Shown here: in pieces, positions 9,764-17,630 of the stretch
Layout of the letters: each line of letters starts with the position of its first letter
Position numbering within the stretch: the first letter of the stretch is position 1
Virus record (IMG/VR): IMGVR_UViG_3300045988_096501
DNA length: 43,668 nucleotides
Strand: one strand, 5' to 3'
From: a virus
Notes under the pieces: model-generated
The model's input: the letters and a program-made list of their open reading frames with translations, nothing else
Told to the model about the DNA's origin: nothing
The model's database searches: none
Translations under genes and position numbers: made by a program

Positions 9764-9816
9764 GAACGTGGCGCTGTTGTATACGGCGGTTAGCCACTTC
9801 CCTGAGAAGGGAGGTG

Positions 9817-9918
9817 ATGCAGATGGGACACGGGCGCAGGGCGAAAGCCCTTCGCTTCCTGGTGTGTTTAACCATTATCCTTGCGGTGATGGTCTACATA
9901 TCCCCAAAAGCGTGTTGA
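9817..9918 (+). CDS. Small hydrophobic peptide (33 aa) in a promoter-ORF-hairpin moron
   Basis: RBS GAAGGGAGGTG then ATG; peptide MQMGHGRRAKALRFLVCLTIILAVMVYISPKAC has one predicted TM helix; followed by inverted repeat 9913..9945. Confidence 0.3.
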   Translation: MQMGHGRRAKALRFLVCLTIILAVMVYISPKAC

Positions 9919-10077
9919 CCGCCCGGCTGGCTCCCGGACGGTCAACGTAAGTTGATCTGAAAGGTTTGGGCTAACCGTCTTGCAACAGCGCCCTATCTAT
10001 TCTTATTATAGCCAACCCAGCCGCTTTGTCAAGTATGGACAGGGCGGTTTTTTTGCCGTCCGGAAAGGAGGCCCAGT

Positions 10078-10395
10078 ATGCTAATCATTCAAATAGAAGC
10101 TCTGGAATCCGGTCAGCATCCAATCCAGAGCCAGAGCGGGCGGAAAACCTGCTGGCTGCCCGGCTACATAGAGGTGCCCGGCCACCTGGAGCGGGAGGTA
10201 TGGGCGTGCCTCGGCTGGTGCGACCTGACCATCGAGGGCGGGAAGCTGACCGGCATCACGCCTGGCGCTATCCCGGAGCCGGAGCCTGCGCCCGAGCCGG
10301 AGCCCACGGCCCAGGAGGACAACGACGCCATGCTGGTAGATCACGAATACAGACTGACCTTGATGGAATTGGGGGTGACGAGTGATGCTGTATAG
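10078..10395 (+). CDS. Hypothetical protein (pre-lysis region)
   Basis: RBS GGAAAGGAGG; PEPEPAPEPEP linker. Confidence 0.45.
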   Translation: MLIIQIEALESGQHPIQSQSGRKTCWLPGYIEVPGHLEREVWACLGWCDLTIEGGKLTGITPGAIPEPEPAPEPEPTAQEDNDAMLVDHEYRLTLMELGVTSDAV

Positions 10396-10523
10396 GACAC
10401 TGAAGCGCATGATTGAGCGCGGCCAGACTGCCGGAATGGAAGAGAAATTGGACATCTTTTACGCAGCGGACAAGCTGACCGAAGCGGAGTATACCGAGCT
10501 GACGGGCATGTTGGTAAAATGAG
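10386..10523 (+). CDS. XkdX-family small phage protein
   Basis: 45 aa; pattern ...ER.QT...L..FY.A.KLTEAEYTELTG resembles the XkdX family that sits between fibre and lysis genes. Confidence 0.55.
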
Positions 10524-10540
10524 AAAGGAAGTCATTGACT

Positions 10541-10801
10541 ATGGAAATCAAAACGATGAGCTTTACGAACCCCTATTACAAGAAGGAGTGGCAGGAGTGG
10601 GTGCCCGGCTTTGAGGGCAAGGTGCGCTACCGGGAGGGTACATACACACTGCAGGGGGACGGGACCAAGGTCGTGTATGACGGCGCGACCAACTACATGG
10701 GCAGGGTGCGGCCTGACGGCAGCTTTACCAGCAACGACAGCCATGGCGCGGCCCCGGACGAGTATGAGCTGACCTTCCTGCGGGCGGCGAAAGAGGTATG
10801 A
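10541..10801 (+). CDS. Hypothetical protein
   Basis: RBS AAAGGAAG 8 nt upstream of ATG; stop overlaps the lysin start (ATGA). Confidence 0.45.
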   Translation: MEIKTMSFTNPYYKKEWQEWVPGFEGKVRYREGTYTLQGDGTKVVYDGATNYMGRVRPDGSFTSNDSHGAAPDEYELTFLRAAKEV

Positions 10802-12255
10802 GTAAGTATGTAAGCGCGATCCCGCTGGAGCAGATCGTGCGGGCGGAACTGGTAGAGGCCAAAGGGCGGAGCATGTCCCAGGTTAAGACCGCAGTGGGCT
10901 GTGACCAGATCATCAACTGCTGGTTTTACAACATGTCTACCGGGCGGCCGGTGGGCAATCTGAAGATCAATGGCGTGGTGAAGGCCAACGCGGGCTGGTC
11001 CGGGTACGGCCTGACCTGGGACGCCGGGGCGGATATGCGCCTGGCGCTGGTGCCCGTGCAGGGCGGCGAGAATTACCTCTCCGGGGTGGAGCTGCTGACG
11101 CCCTCCAGGCAGGAGGGTGCAAAGCTGTCCTACGATGCCGCATACGGCGGCAGGCGCGGCCGGTCTGCGGCCATGATCGCCGGGGAAACGCTGGTGCTCT
11201 ACTGCAGCGGGGATGGAACCGGGGATGCAAAGACGCCGGAGGCGCTGCGGGACGAGCTGGCGGCAATCGGCCGGAAGTACGAGCCGTCCGGAACGCTGTA
11301 CGCCACGGGATGGGATTCCGGCGGCTCCAGCCAGTGCGACTTTGGCGGCGGGCGGAAGATCACCAGCAGCCGGAAGGTGGCCGGGGATTTCTGTCTTTGG
11401 CTGGAAAAGGATGAGCAGAAGGGGGACAGGCCTGTGGGCAGACAGTACAAGGTAACGCCGTCTGTGGGCGTCAATATCCGCAGCGGTCCGGGGACAGGCT
11501 ATTCCAAGGTTGGGGCCTATGCGTGCGGCACGGTGGTGGCGGTCACGGCTGCGCAGGGCGGCTGGGGACAGACGGCCAAGGGCTGGGTGGCCCTGGAGTA
11601 TCTGGCGGCCGTGGAGGGCGCTCAGCGGACCACGGACACGGGGATGAAGATTCGGACGGCGTACATTGACGCCGGACGGAAGAACCGGCCGGGCGGGGTA
11701 AATCCCTGCAGGTACATTACCATCCACGAGACGGGCAACAAGGCCTCCGGCGCGGACGCCGAAGCCCATGGGGCCTATCTGAACAGCTCCGCCGGGGAGG
11801 CCGATCTGGTCAGCTGGCACTACACGGTGGACGACCACGCCATTGTGCAGCACCTGCCCGATGGGGAGACGGCCTACCACGCGGGGGACGGCAAGGCAGG
11901 GACGGGCAACGCCCAGAGCATCGGGATTGAGATCTGCGTCAACGCGGACGGGAACTTTGCAAAGGCCAAAGCGAACGCGGCCGCCCTGGTGCGGCTGCTG
12001 ATGGAGGAGCACGGCATCCCGATTGCAAACGTGGTGCAGCACAACCGCTGGAACGGCAAGGACTGCCCGTACGCCATCCGGCACACGGCCGGGGCCTGGG
12101 AGGCCTTCCTGGCGCTATGCGGGGGTGAGAGCGCCGTGGAGACAGACCGGAAAGCGGTCCAGGAGCGCTTTGGGCTGGCGGACGAGACCATGGACTATCT
12201 GGAGGCATACAAATACGGTAAGGATTTGCTGGCCAAGCTGGCCAGTGGAAAGTGA
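10798..12255 (+). CDS. Endolysin: N-acetylmuramoyl-L-alanine amidase (Amidase_2/PGRP) with central SH3b and an N-terminal domain of unknown type
   Basis: Amidase_2 motifs (ITIHETGN...YHAGDG...SIGIEIC...QHNRWNGKDCP); SH3b-like segment (YKVTPSVGVNIRSGPGTGYSKVG...GWVALEYL). Confidence 0.85.
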   Translation: MSKYVSAIPLEQIVRAELVEAKGRSMSQVKTAVGCDQIINCWFYNMSTGRPVGNLKINGVVKANAGWSGYGLTWDAGADMRLALVPVQGGENYLSGVELLTPSRQEGAKLSYDAAYGGRRGRSAAMIAGETLVLYCSGDGTGDAKTPEALRDELAAIGRKYEPSGTLYATGWDSGGSSQCDFGGGRKITSSRKVAGDFCLWLEKDEQKGDRPVGRQYKVTPSVGVNIRSGPGTGYSKVGAYACGTVVAVTAAQGGWGQTAKGWVALEYLAAVEGAQRTTDTGMKIRTAYIDAGRKNRPGGVNPCRYITIHETGNKASGADAEAHGAYLNSSAGEADLVSWHYTVDDHAIVQHLPDGETAYHAGDGKAGTGNAQSIGIEICVNADGNFAKAKANAAALVRLLMEEHGIPIANVVQHNRWNGKDCPYAIRHTAGAWEAFLALCGGESAVETDRKAVQERFGLADETMDYLEAYKYGKDLLAKLASGK

Positions 12256-12262
12256 GGACGAT

Positions 12263-12535
12263 ATGGATATTTCTTCTCTCGGCATCGCCGGTGTGGCGGC
12301 CATTACGGTGATCTGCTTTTTGATCGGGCAGGTGGTCAAGGCAAGCGGACTGGACAACAAGTGGATTCCCATTACCTGCGGCATTTCCGGGGCGCTGCTG
12401 GGCGTGCTGGGGCTGTTCATGATGCCGGACTTCCCGGCCACGGACTACATCACCGCCCTGGCCGTGGGCATTGTCTCCGGCCTGGCCGCCACCGGTATCA
12501 ATCAGGTTTACAAGCAGCTGAGCAAGGGGGAGTAA
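12263..12535 (+). CDS. Holin (phi LC3-like, 2-3 TM)
   Basis: 90 aa, hydrophobic segments, KWIP motif, charged C-terminus; directly downstream of the endolysin. Confidence 0.75.
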   Translation: MDISSLGIAGVAAITVICFLIGQVVKASGLDNKWIPITCGISGALLGVLGLFMMPDFPATDYITALAVGIVSGLAATGINQVYKQLSKGE

Positions 12536-12539
12536 ATGG

Positions 12540-12860
12540 ATGGAGTGGCTTGGCCCCGCTATCACTGCGGCATCAGTTGTAATTGTGGCCGTTATAGAGG
12601 CCATTGCAGCAAAAGAGCGAAAAAAGGTAAAAATCGGAAACCGAAAAAGCGAGGCGATGATGAACGGGGTTCAAGCGCTTCTGCGCAATGAAATTATATC
12701 AAAATATAATCACTATGCAGAACAAGAATTTATTCCCATTTACGGAATGGAAAATGTCCTTGACATGTACGTTGCCTATAAAGACTTGGGTGGAAATGGA
12801 ACCATTACAAAGCTGGTTGAGCACATGAAGAACATGTCAACAGAACCGCCGAAGGAGTGA
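12540..12860 (+). CDS. Membrane-anchored hypothetical protein
   Basis: N-terminal TM helix then KERKK stop-transfer; RBS GGGGGAG; begins the AT-rich accessory block. Confidence 0.5.
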   Translation: MEWLGPAITAASVVIVAVIEAIAAKERKKVKIGNRKSEAMMNGVQALLRNEIISKYNHYAEQEFIPIYGMENVLDMYVAYKDLGGNGTITKLVEHMKNMSTEPPKE

Positions 12861-12864
12861 GCCG

Positions 12865-13107
12865 ATGCAAGCCCGGATCAGACTGCCAAGCCTCCTTGAA
12901 GTATTGACAAAAAGAGAATTGATACGGGCCATTGAAGAGTCTGCGCTAAGTCGGACAGATGAAAAGATTGCAAAGCGCAGGTTAGTGGAAAAATGTGAAA
13001 TTATTGATATTGCTTGCGAGCTTGGATACGAGCGATCTACAATCAGTAAAAGACTGAAACGAATTATTCTTCGCGTGGAAGAAATTGCAGAACGGATTTA
13101 TACCTGA
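12865..13107 (+). CDS. Sigma-70 region 4-like HTH protein (ArpU/late-regulator-like fragment)
   Basis: KIAKRRLVEKCEIIDIACELGYERSTISKRLKRI resembles the region 4.2 HTH. Confidence 0.45.
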   Translation: MQARIRLPSLLEVLTKRELIRAIEESALSRTDEKIAKRRLVEKCEIIDIACELGYERSTISKRLKRIILRVEEIAERIYT

Positions 13108-13113
13108 AGCGAG

Positions 13114-13150
13114 CCCCCATCACACTTGGTTGTGATGGGGGTTTTTATAT
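13114..13150 (+). terminator. Rho-independent terminator
   Basis: cccccatcaca-cttggtt-gtgatggggg hairpin followed by TTTTTATATTTTT. Confidence 0.75.
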
Positions 13151-13258
13151 TTTTCATGCTGAAAGTTTCACCTAAAATCCACTTAAATGCCGCGTGGACA
13201 CCACCCAGCAATTTTTATTTTCTGCGATAATGATTACAGAGAAACTAGAGGAGCAAAA

Positions 13259-13432
13259 ATGATGGTTATTAATGGGAGCAAGTTGATTCAACGGCTGATA
13301 AACTGTGGCTATACAGAAGCCAACGCAATTGATATTTGTCAGAAATATGCTGCGGACAAGAATCTTGAAGGCCTGGAGCATTTCATCAGGCTTGCAGAGC
13401 GTTTCGATGATGACCGGAACGAATATGTTTGA
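13259..13432 (+). CDS. Hypothetical small protein
   Basis: RBS AGAGGAGCAAAA then ATG; 57 aa. Confidence 0.4.
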   Translation: MMVINGSKLIQRLINCGYTEANAIDICQKYAADKNLEGLEHFIRLAERFDDDRNEYV

Positions 13433-13802
13433 GTATTTTAATTTAAACCCTGCGGGACGTAATGTCGGGGACTGTACAGTCCGAGCCATTGCTAAGGCTA
13501 CTGGACAGGGATGGGAAGAGACTTATGTAGGGCTTTGTGTGGAAGGGCTATCCATGTATGACATGCCAAGCGCTAATTCTGTATGGGGATCGTACCTTCG
13601 AAGAAAAGGATTTCAGCGCAGGATTATTCCGGATGCCTGCCCAGATTGTTATACCGTGAGCGAATTTGCATCGGAACACCCAATCGGGACTTATATTTTA
13701 GCATTGTCTGGACATGTAGTATGTGTGGATAATGGAGTAGTCTATGATTCATGGGACAGCGGCGGAGAAATACCGCTTTATTACTGGACAAGGAGTGAAT
13801 GA
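13425..13802 (+). CDS. Hypothetical protein with possible papain-like Cys/His peptidase signature
   Basis: GDCTVRAIAKA (candidate Cys nucleophile) and GHVVCVDNG (candidate His); inference only. Confidence 0.4.
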   Translation: MFEYFNLNPAGRNVGDCTVRAIAKATGQGWEETYVGLCVEGLSMYDMPSANSVWGSYLRRKGFQRRIIPDACPDCYTVSEFASEHPIGTYILALSGHVVCVDNGVVYDSWDSGGEIPLYYWTRSE

Positions 13803-13803
13803 T

Positions 13804-14292
13804 ATGGCGTTTGGATACCCGAATTATTATCAACCAAACTATGGCTATGTGCCACCAATGGCGGATCAGCTAACACAGCTGAGGCAGAATCAATTCCAGG
13901 GCAGTCCACAAATGAATAATCAGCCCGTAATAAATCAACCTGTTATGAGTCAGCCAGCTGGGAATGGAATCATTTGGGTACAAGGCGAAGAGGGCGCGAA
14001 AGGTTATCTTGTGGCACCTGGCAACAGCGTTATGTTGATGGACAGTGAAAAGAGTTCCTTTTATCTGAAGTCGACAGATCAGAGCGGAATGCCACAGCCT
14101 TTGCGTATTTTTGATTACACAGAACGCACAGCGGCGACAAGGCCGACAGCAGATGTTGCCTCACCCACGAATACGGAATTTGCCACAAAAGCAGAGCTTG
14201 ATGCGCTTGCGGCGCGCTTGGACGCTTTAATGGCTGAAGAGACGACAAAAACCGCTAAAAAGCCAGTAAAGGAGGATGCCAAGAATGCCTAA
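13804..14292 (+). CDS. Q/N/P-rich low-complexity protein with C-terminal beta domain
   Basis: RBS AAGGAGTG; N-terminus YYQPNYGYVPP...QNQFQGSPQMNNQPVINQPVMSQP; globular segment and coiled-coil tail. Confidence 0.5.
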   Translation: MAFGYPNYYQPNYGYVPPMADQLTQLRQNQFQGSPQMNNQPVINQPVMSQPAGNGIIWVQGEEGAKGYLVAPGNSVMLMDSEKSSFYLKSTDQSGMPQPLRIFDYTERTAATRPTADVASPTNTEFATKAELDALAARLDALMAEETTKTAKKPVKEDAKNA

Positions 14293-14512
14293 CCCGTTGT
14301 TTTCAATGCTTGGCGGTGGAATGCCAAACATTCCAGGTCCCATGGGGAATTTTGCACGGATGATGCAGCAATTTCAGCAATTTAAAGCCAATTTTCAGGG
14401 CGATCCAAAGCAAGAAGTGGAAAAGCTGCTGCAGTCTGGGAAACTGAATCAGAGCCAGCTCAATCAATTGCAAAATATGGCCCAGCAGTTTATGCAGGTA
14501 ATGCCCAAATAA
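14285..14512 (+). CDS. Small Q-rich hypothetical protein
   Basis: RBS GGAGG 7 nt upstream; 75 aa. Confidence 0.45.
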   Translation: MPNPLFSMLGGGMPNIPGPMGNFARMMQQFQQFKANFQGDPKQEVEKLLQSGKLNQSQLNQLQNMAQQFMQVMPK

Positions 14513-14524
14513 AAAGCAGGGGTA

Positions 14525-15076
14525 TCAACCCACCGCTGCTTTCCAAACAAATCCTTTACAAGACTTTATTCGTCCCATATAACAATTGACGATTGTGCAT
14601 GGACTGCAATTATAGTACCGCGCTGCATCTGAAATACACGTCCATACTTTTATAAGTTCGCCTGCTTTTGTATATTGCCATACTTGACGGCTATTTTTAT
14701 TAGCAGCGCCTTTGATACCACGCATATTGCTATCTAACCTAAGCCCAGTTTTGATGGCGTGTCTTGTATTCTGACTATAAGTAACCCATTCTAAATTGTC
14801 CGCGCGATTATTTGACTTATCTCCGTCTATATGGTTTACACAAGAGAACCCATCTGTATTAGGCACAAAGGCTTCAGCTACTGCAATATGAATGTACTTA
14901 TGTTTAATAGTTTTGGATTTAGAAAGAGAAACAAAGAGATAATCCGTGGTTCCCTTTTTTGTTGCCATTAAATGAGGCTTTTTTGTGTGGTTGTAATTCA
15001 GGCTTTTCACTTTTCCTAAATTACTTACCTGATACAATCCTTCGTAGCCAACAATGTCTTTCCAAATTTCTTCCAT
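14525..15076 (-). CDS. HNH homing endonuclease (NUMOD4 + HNH_3)
   Basis: N-terminus EEIWKDIVGYEGLYQVSNLGKVKS (NUMOD4) and VNHIDGDKSNNRADNLEWVTYSQNTRHA (HNH); RBS AAAGGGTAA. Confidence 0.8.
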   Translation of the reverse strand: MEEIWKDIVGYEGLYQVSNLGKVKSLNYNHTKKPHLMATKKGTTDYLFVSLSKSKTIKHKYIHIAVAEAFVPNTDGFSCVNHIDGDKSNNRADNLEWVTYSQNTRHAIKTGLRLDSNMRGIKGAANKNSRQVWQYTKAGELIKVWTCISDAARYYNCSPCTIVNCYMGRIKSCKGFVWKAAVG

Positions 15077-15244
15077 TGCATTTACCCTTTCATGCTCCCT
15101 TTTTTAGTAAATTGTACGGAAACCGTCAGGGTAACGGCTTGTCGGGAGCGACCCTATCCGCACATAAATATTATAACATAAAGTTACAAAAAGTCTATAA
15201 ATGCGGCCGCATTTTAGAAAAAAATTATAAAAGGAGACAAAATT

Positions 15245-15982
15245 ATGAGTCTTACTTCTGATGGAACCGTGATGACGATGCCGGTTCAGCCCGCATATTC
15301 CGGAGGCTACGGAAATGGGAATGGCTTTTTCGGCCAGGACTGGATTTGGTTGATTGTGCTGTTTCTTTTCTGCGGCTGGGGCAACAATGGCTGGGGCGGC
15401 AACGGCGGCATGAACGGCGGCGTCGGTTCTGAGGTGCAGCGCGGATTTGATCACTCTTCCGTTGTAAGCAAACTGGACGGTATCACTCAAGGTATTTGTG
15501 ACAGCACTTATGCCTTGAACAACGCAATTAACACCGGTTTTAGCAATGCGGAGCTGTCCCGCTGCAACCAGCAGGCGGCCCTTATGCAGCAGCTCAACAG
15601 CATGGCAATGCAGGCTCAGAACTGCTGCTGCGAGACCCAGCGGGCTATTGACGGCGTGAACTATAATATGGCCACCAATACCTGCGCCCTGCAGAACACC
15701 ATGAACAATAACACTCGAGATATTATCGAGAACCAGAACAGCAACAGCCGTGCTATTTTGGATTATCTGTGCCAGGACAAGATTTCCACGCTCCAGGCTG
15801 AGAACCAGAGTCTGCGGCTTGCGGCATCACAGGCCAACCAGAATGCGGTGCTTCAGGCGGCTATGGATGCGAATACTGCGGAAATCCTGCGCCGTACTGC
15901 TCCTCTTCCTGTCCCGGCTTATCAGGTGGCAAACCCCTATACGGGTGTTTATGGAAGCTGTTGCAATCCCTGCGGTTGCTAA
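15245..15982 (+). CDS. Gly/Asn-rich, Cys-rich membrane protein of unknown function
   Basis: Strong RBS AAAGGAGA; TM segment WIWLIVLFLFCGWG; GNGNG/GWGGNGG repeats; Cys clusters (NCCCE, SCCNPCGC); Q/N/A-rich helical body. Confidence 0.6.
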   Translation: MSLTSDGTVMTMPVQPAYSGGYGNGNGFFGQDWIWLIVLFLFCGWGNNGWGGNGGMNGGVGSEVQRGFDHSSVVSKLDGITQGICDSTYALNNAINTGFSNAELSRCNQQAALMQQLNSMAMQAQNCCCETQRAIDGVNYNMATNTCALQNTMNNNTRDIIENQNSNSRAILDYLCQDKISTLQAENQSLRLAASQANQNAVLQAAMDANTAEILRRTAPLPVPAYQVANPYTGVYGSCCNPCGC

Positions 15983-16119
15983 ACTGCATAACTGCATCTA
16001 TTTCGTGACATCACGAAATTGTTCGGCCCCGTGCCGATTTTGAACATAGCGGCGGGGCAATGGCCTCGCCGCTTATTTTAACCGCCTCGAAATCGAGGTA
16101 TTTAGAAAGGATTGATTTT

Positions 16120-16542
16120 ATGGCTGAGTATACGAATATTGGCCCTGTGACTGTAGCCGCTGGTCAGAATGTACCGTTTACCGAAACTGCCGTATCTGGT
16201 GGCAGCTGTATCGTCCACCGGGAAGGAGCTGGTGTTGTAACCCTGAGAGGCCAGACCAACCAGTGTCGGGCGCGGTATAAAGTCAGCTTTGGTGGGAATA
16301 TTGCAATCCCAACCGGAGGGACCGTGGCTCCGATCTCTATTGCTCTATCTGTGAGTGGAGAGCCGCTTGCCAGCGCAACAGCAATTGTAACCCCTGCTGC
16401 AGCAGAAGATTATTTTAATGTGTTCACAGCGGTCTTTATTGAAGTGCCGCGTGGCTGCTGCGTAACTGTGGCCGTGGAAAATACCAGCACTCAGGCTATT
16501 AATGTTGCAAATGGCAATCTGATCGCCGAACGTGTATGCTGA
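16120..16542 (+). CDS. C1q/TNF-like (BclA C-terminal-domain-like) beta-sandwich protein
   Basis: 140 aa; alternating small/hydrophobic beta pattern (VTLRGQ..YKVSFGGNIAIPTGGTVAPISIALSVSG...FNVFTAVFIEV) reminiscent of the BclA CTD; inference. Confidence 0.45.
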   Translation: MAEYTNIGPVTVAAGQNVPFTETAVSGGSCIVHREGAGVVTLRGQTNQCRARYKVSFGGNIAIPTGGTVAPISIALSVSGEPLASATAIVTPAAAEDYFNVFTAVFIEVPRGCCVTVAVENTSTQAINVANGNLIAERVC

Positions 16543-16559
16543 TAGGAAGGAGTAATATA

Positions 16560-16997
16560 ATGAGCATGAGAGCCTTGGAAGACCTGCGTGAAATGCTTTG
16601 CGAGGAGCTTGACGAAATTGCAAAGAAACAGGAAATGAATGCAGGTGACTTAGAGACTGTACACAAGCTGACAGATACTATTAAAAACATTGATAAAATT
16701 TATCTGCTGGAAGAGGACGGCGAGTATAGTCAGGCCGGAGACTGGGAGGCTGACATGCGCGGCACCTATGGCCGTGGCAGCTCTTACGCCAATCGAGGCA
16801 AACAGTATGTGCGCAGCCATTATAGCCGTCGTGACGGGGATGATTATAGTCAACGCCGTGATGGTATGGGGCGATACAGCCGTGGCGATGCAAAAGAGCA
16901 CATGATTACGAAACTAGAAGAAATGGAGCGGACTGCGAGCAATGAAAAAGAGCGCGAGGCTATCCGCCGCTGCATTAGTCAGCTAGAAAACGCATAA
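16560..16997 (+). CDS. Hypothetical protein with YSRRDG repeats
   Basis: RBS AGGAAGGAG; acidic N-terminal helix then Arg/Gly/Tyr/Ser repeats (YSRRDGDDYSQRRDGMGRYSRGD). Confidence 0.5.
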   Translation: MSMRALEDLREMLCEELDEIAKKQEMNAGDLETVHKLTDTIKNIDKIYLLEEDGEYSQAGDWEADMRGTYGRGSSYANRGKQYVRSHYSRRDGDDYSQRRDGMGRYSRGDAKEHMITKLEEMERTASNEKEREAIRRCISQLENA

Positions 16998-17013
16998 TAA
17001 AGGGGGCGGCCAT

Positions 17014-17358
17014 ATGTTGGACGCCAAAGAAATTGATTTGGCAATTGCGGAATTGGAATATAAGGAGTCCAGTTACCCTAATTACCAGAAATTGGCCAGT
17101 CTATATACCATCAGAAAGGAAATGCAGAACAAACCAAACGCCACTTTGCACGAGAGAGAATACTCCGGGACTGCAATGCCGGGAAAAATATCTGTACGAG
17201 CTTCTGCCGATGTGTATGGAGACAGTGATTTTTTGCAAGCCGTATCCGGAAAAGACCAACATGCAGCTTGGATCATCATGGACGAATTGATGGACACACT
17301 CAAGGTTGTAAACCAGCGTGTCTATGACGGGGTTATGCGTAAAATTAGGGCACTTTGA
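17014..17358 (+). CDS. Hypothetical protein
   Basis: RBS GGGGGCGG; 114 aa; last gene before the terminator and attP region. Confidence 0.5.
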   Translation: MLDAKEIDLAIAELEYKESSYPNYQKLASLYTIRKEMQNKPNATLHEREYSGTAMPGKISVRASADVYGDSDFLQAVSGKDQHAAWIIMDELMDTLKVVNQRVYDGVMRKIRAL

Positions 17359-17361
17359 AAT

Positions 17362-17397
17362 AGAGGCTCCCACAACTTTTGGGAGCCTCTACTTTTT
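17362..17397 (+). terminator. Rho-independent terminator
   Basis: agaggctccca-caactt-tgggagcctct followed by ACTTTTT. Confidence 0.8.
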
Positions 17398-17630
17398 GCA
17401 CATATATACTCAGAAAGTTACGTTATTGTTACTTATTTGCTACATAAAACCCGCAAACCATTGAAAATAAAGAGAAAATTTTTTATATCCATTACAATCC
17501 CATTAAATATTGCAACAATAAAAATAACTATTTAGTCCTACATACTCGAAATATCGAAATAAATATACTATTTTTTATAACATTTTTTGAATTTACTTTT
17601 TGCACATATTTACAAAACAAGTTACAAATT
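17391..17630. other. Candidate attP region (AT-rich, direct repeats) adjacent to the integrase 3' end
   Basis: 15-16 bp direct repeat actttttgcacatat at 17391..17405 and 17596..17610; extremely AT-rich non-coding 230 bp abutting int. Confidence 0.4.

Noticed and set aside
10693-12084. 463-codon ORF on the minus strand opposite the endolysin
   Set aside because: Pro/Arg/Ala/Gly-rich low-complexity translation, no RBS, lies entirely antisense to a clearly recognisable amidase gene; typical stop-codon depletion in GC-rich DNA
11939-12604. 221-codon minus-strand ORF spanning the lysin-holin junction
   Set aside because: Antisense GC artefact with Pro/Arg-rich translation
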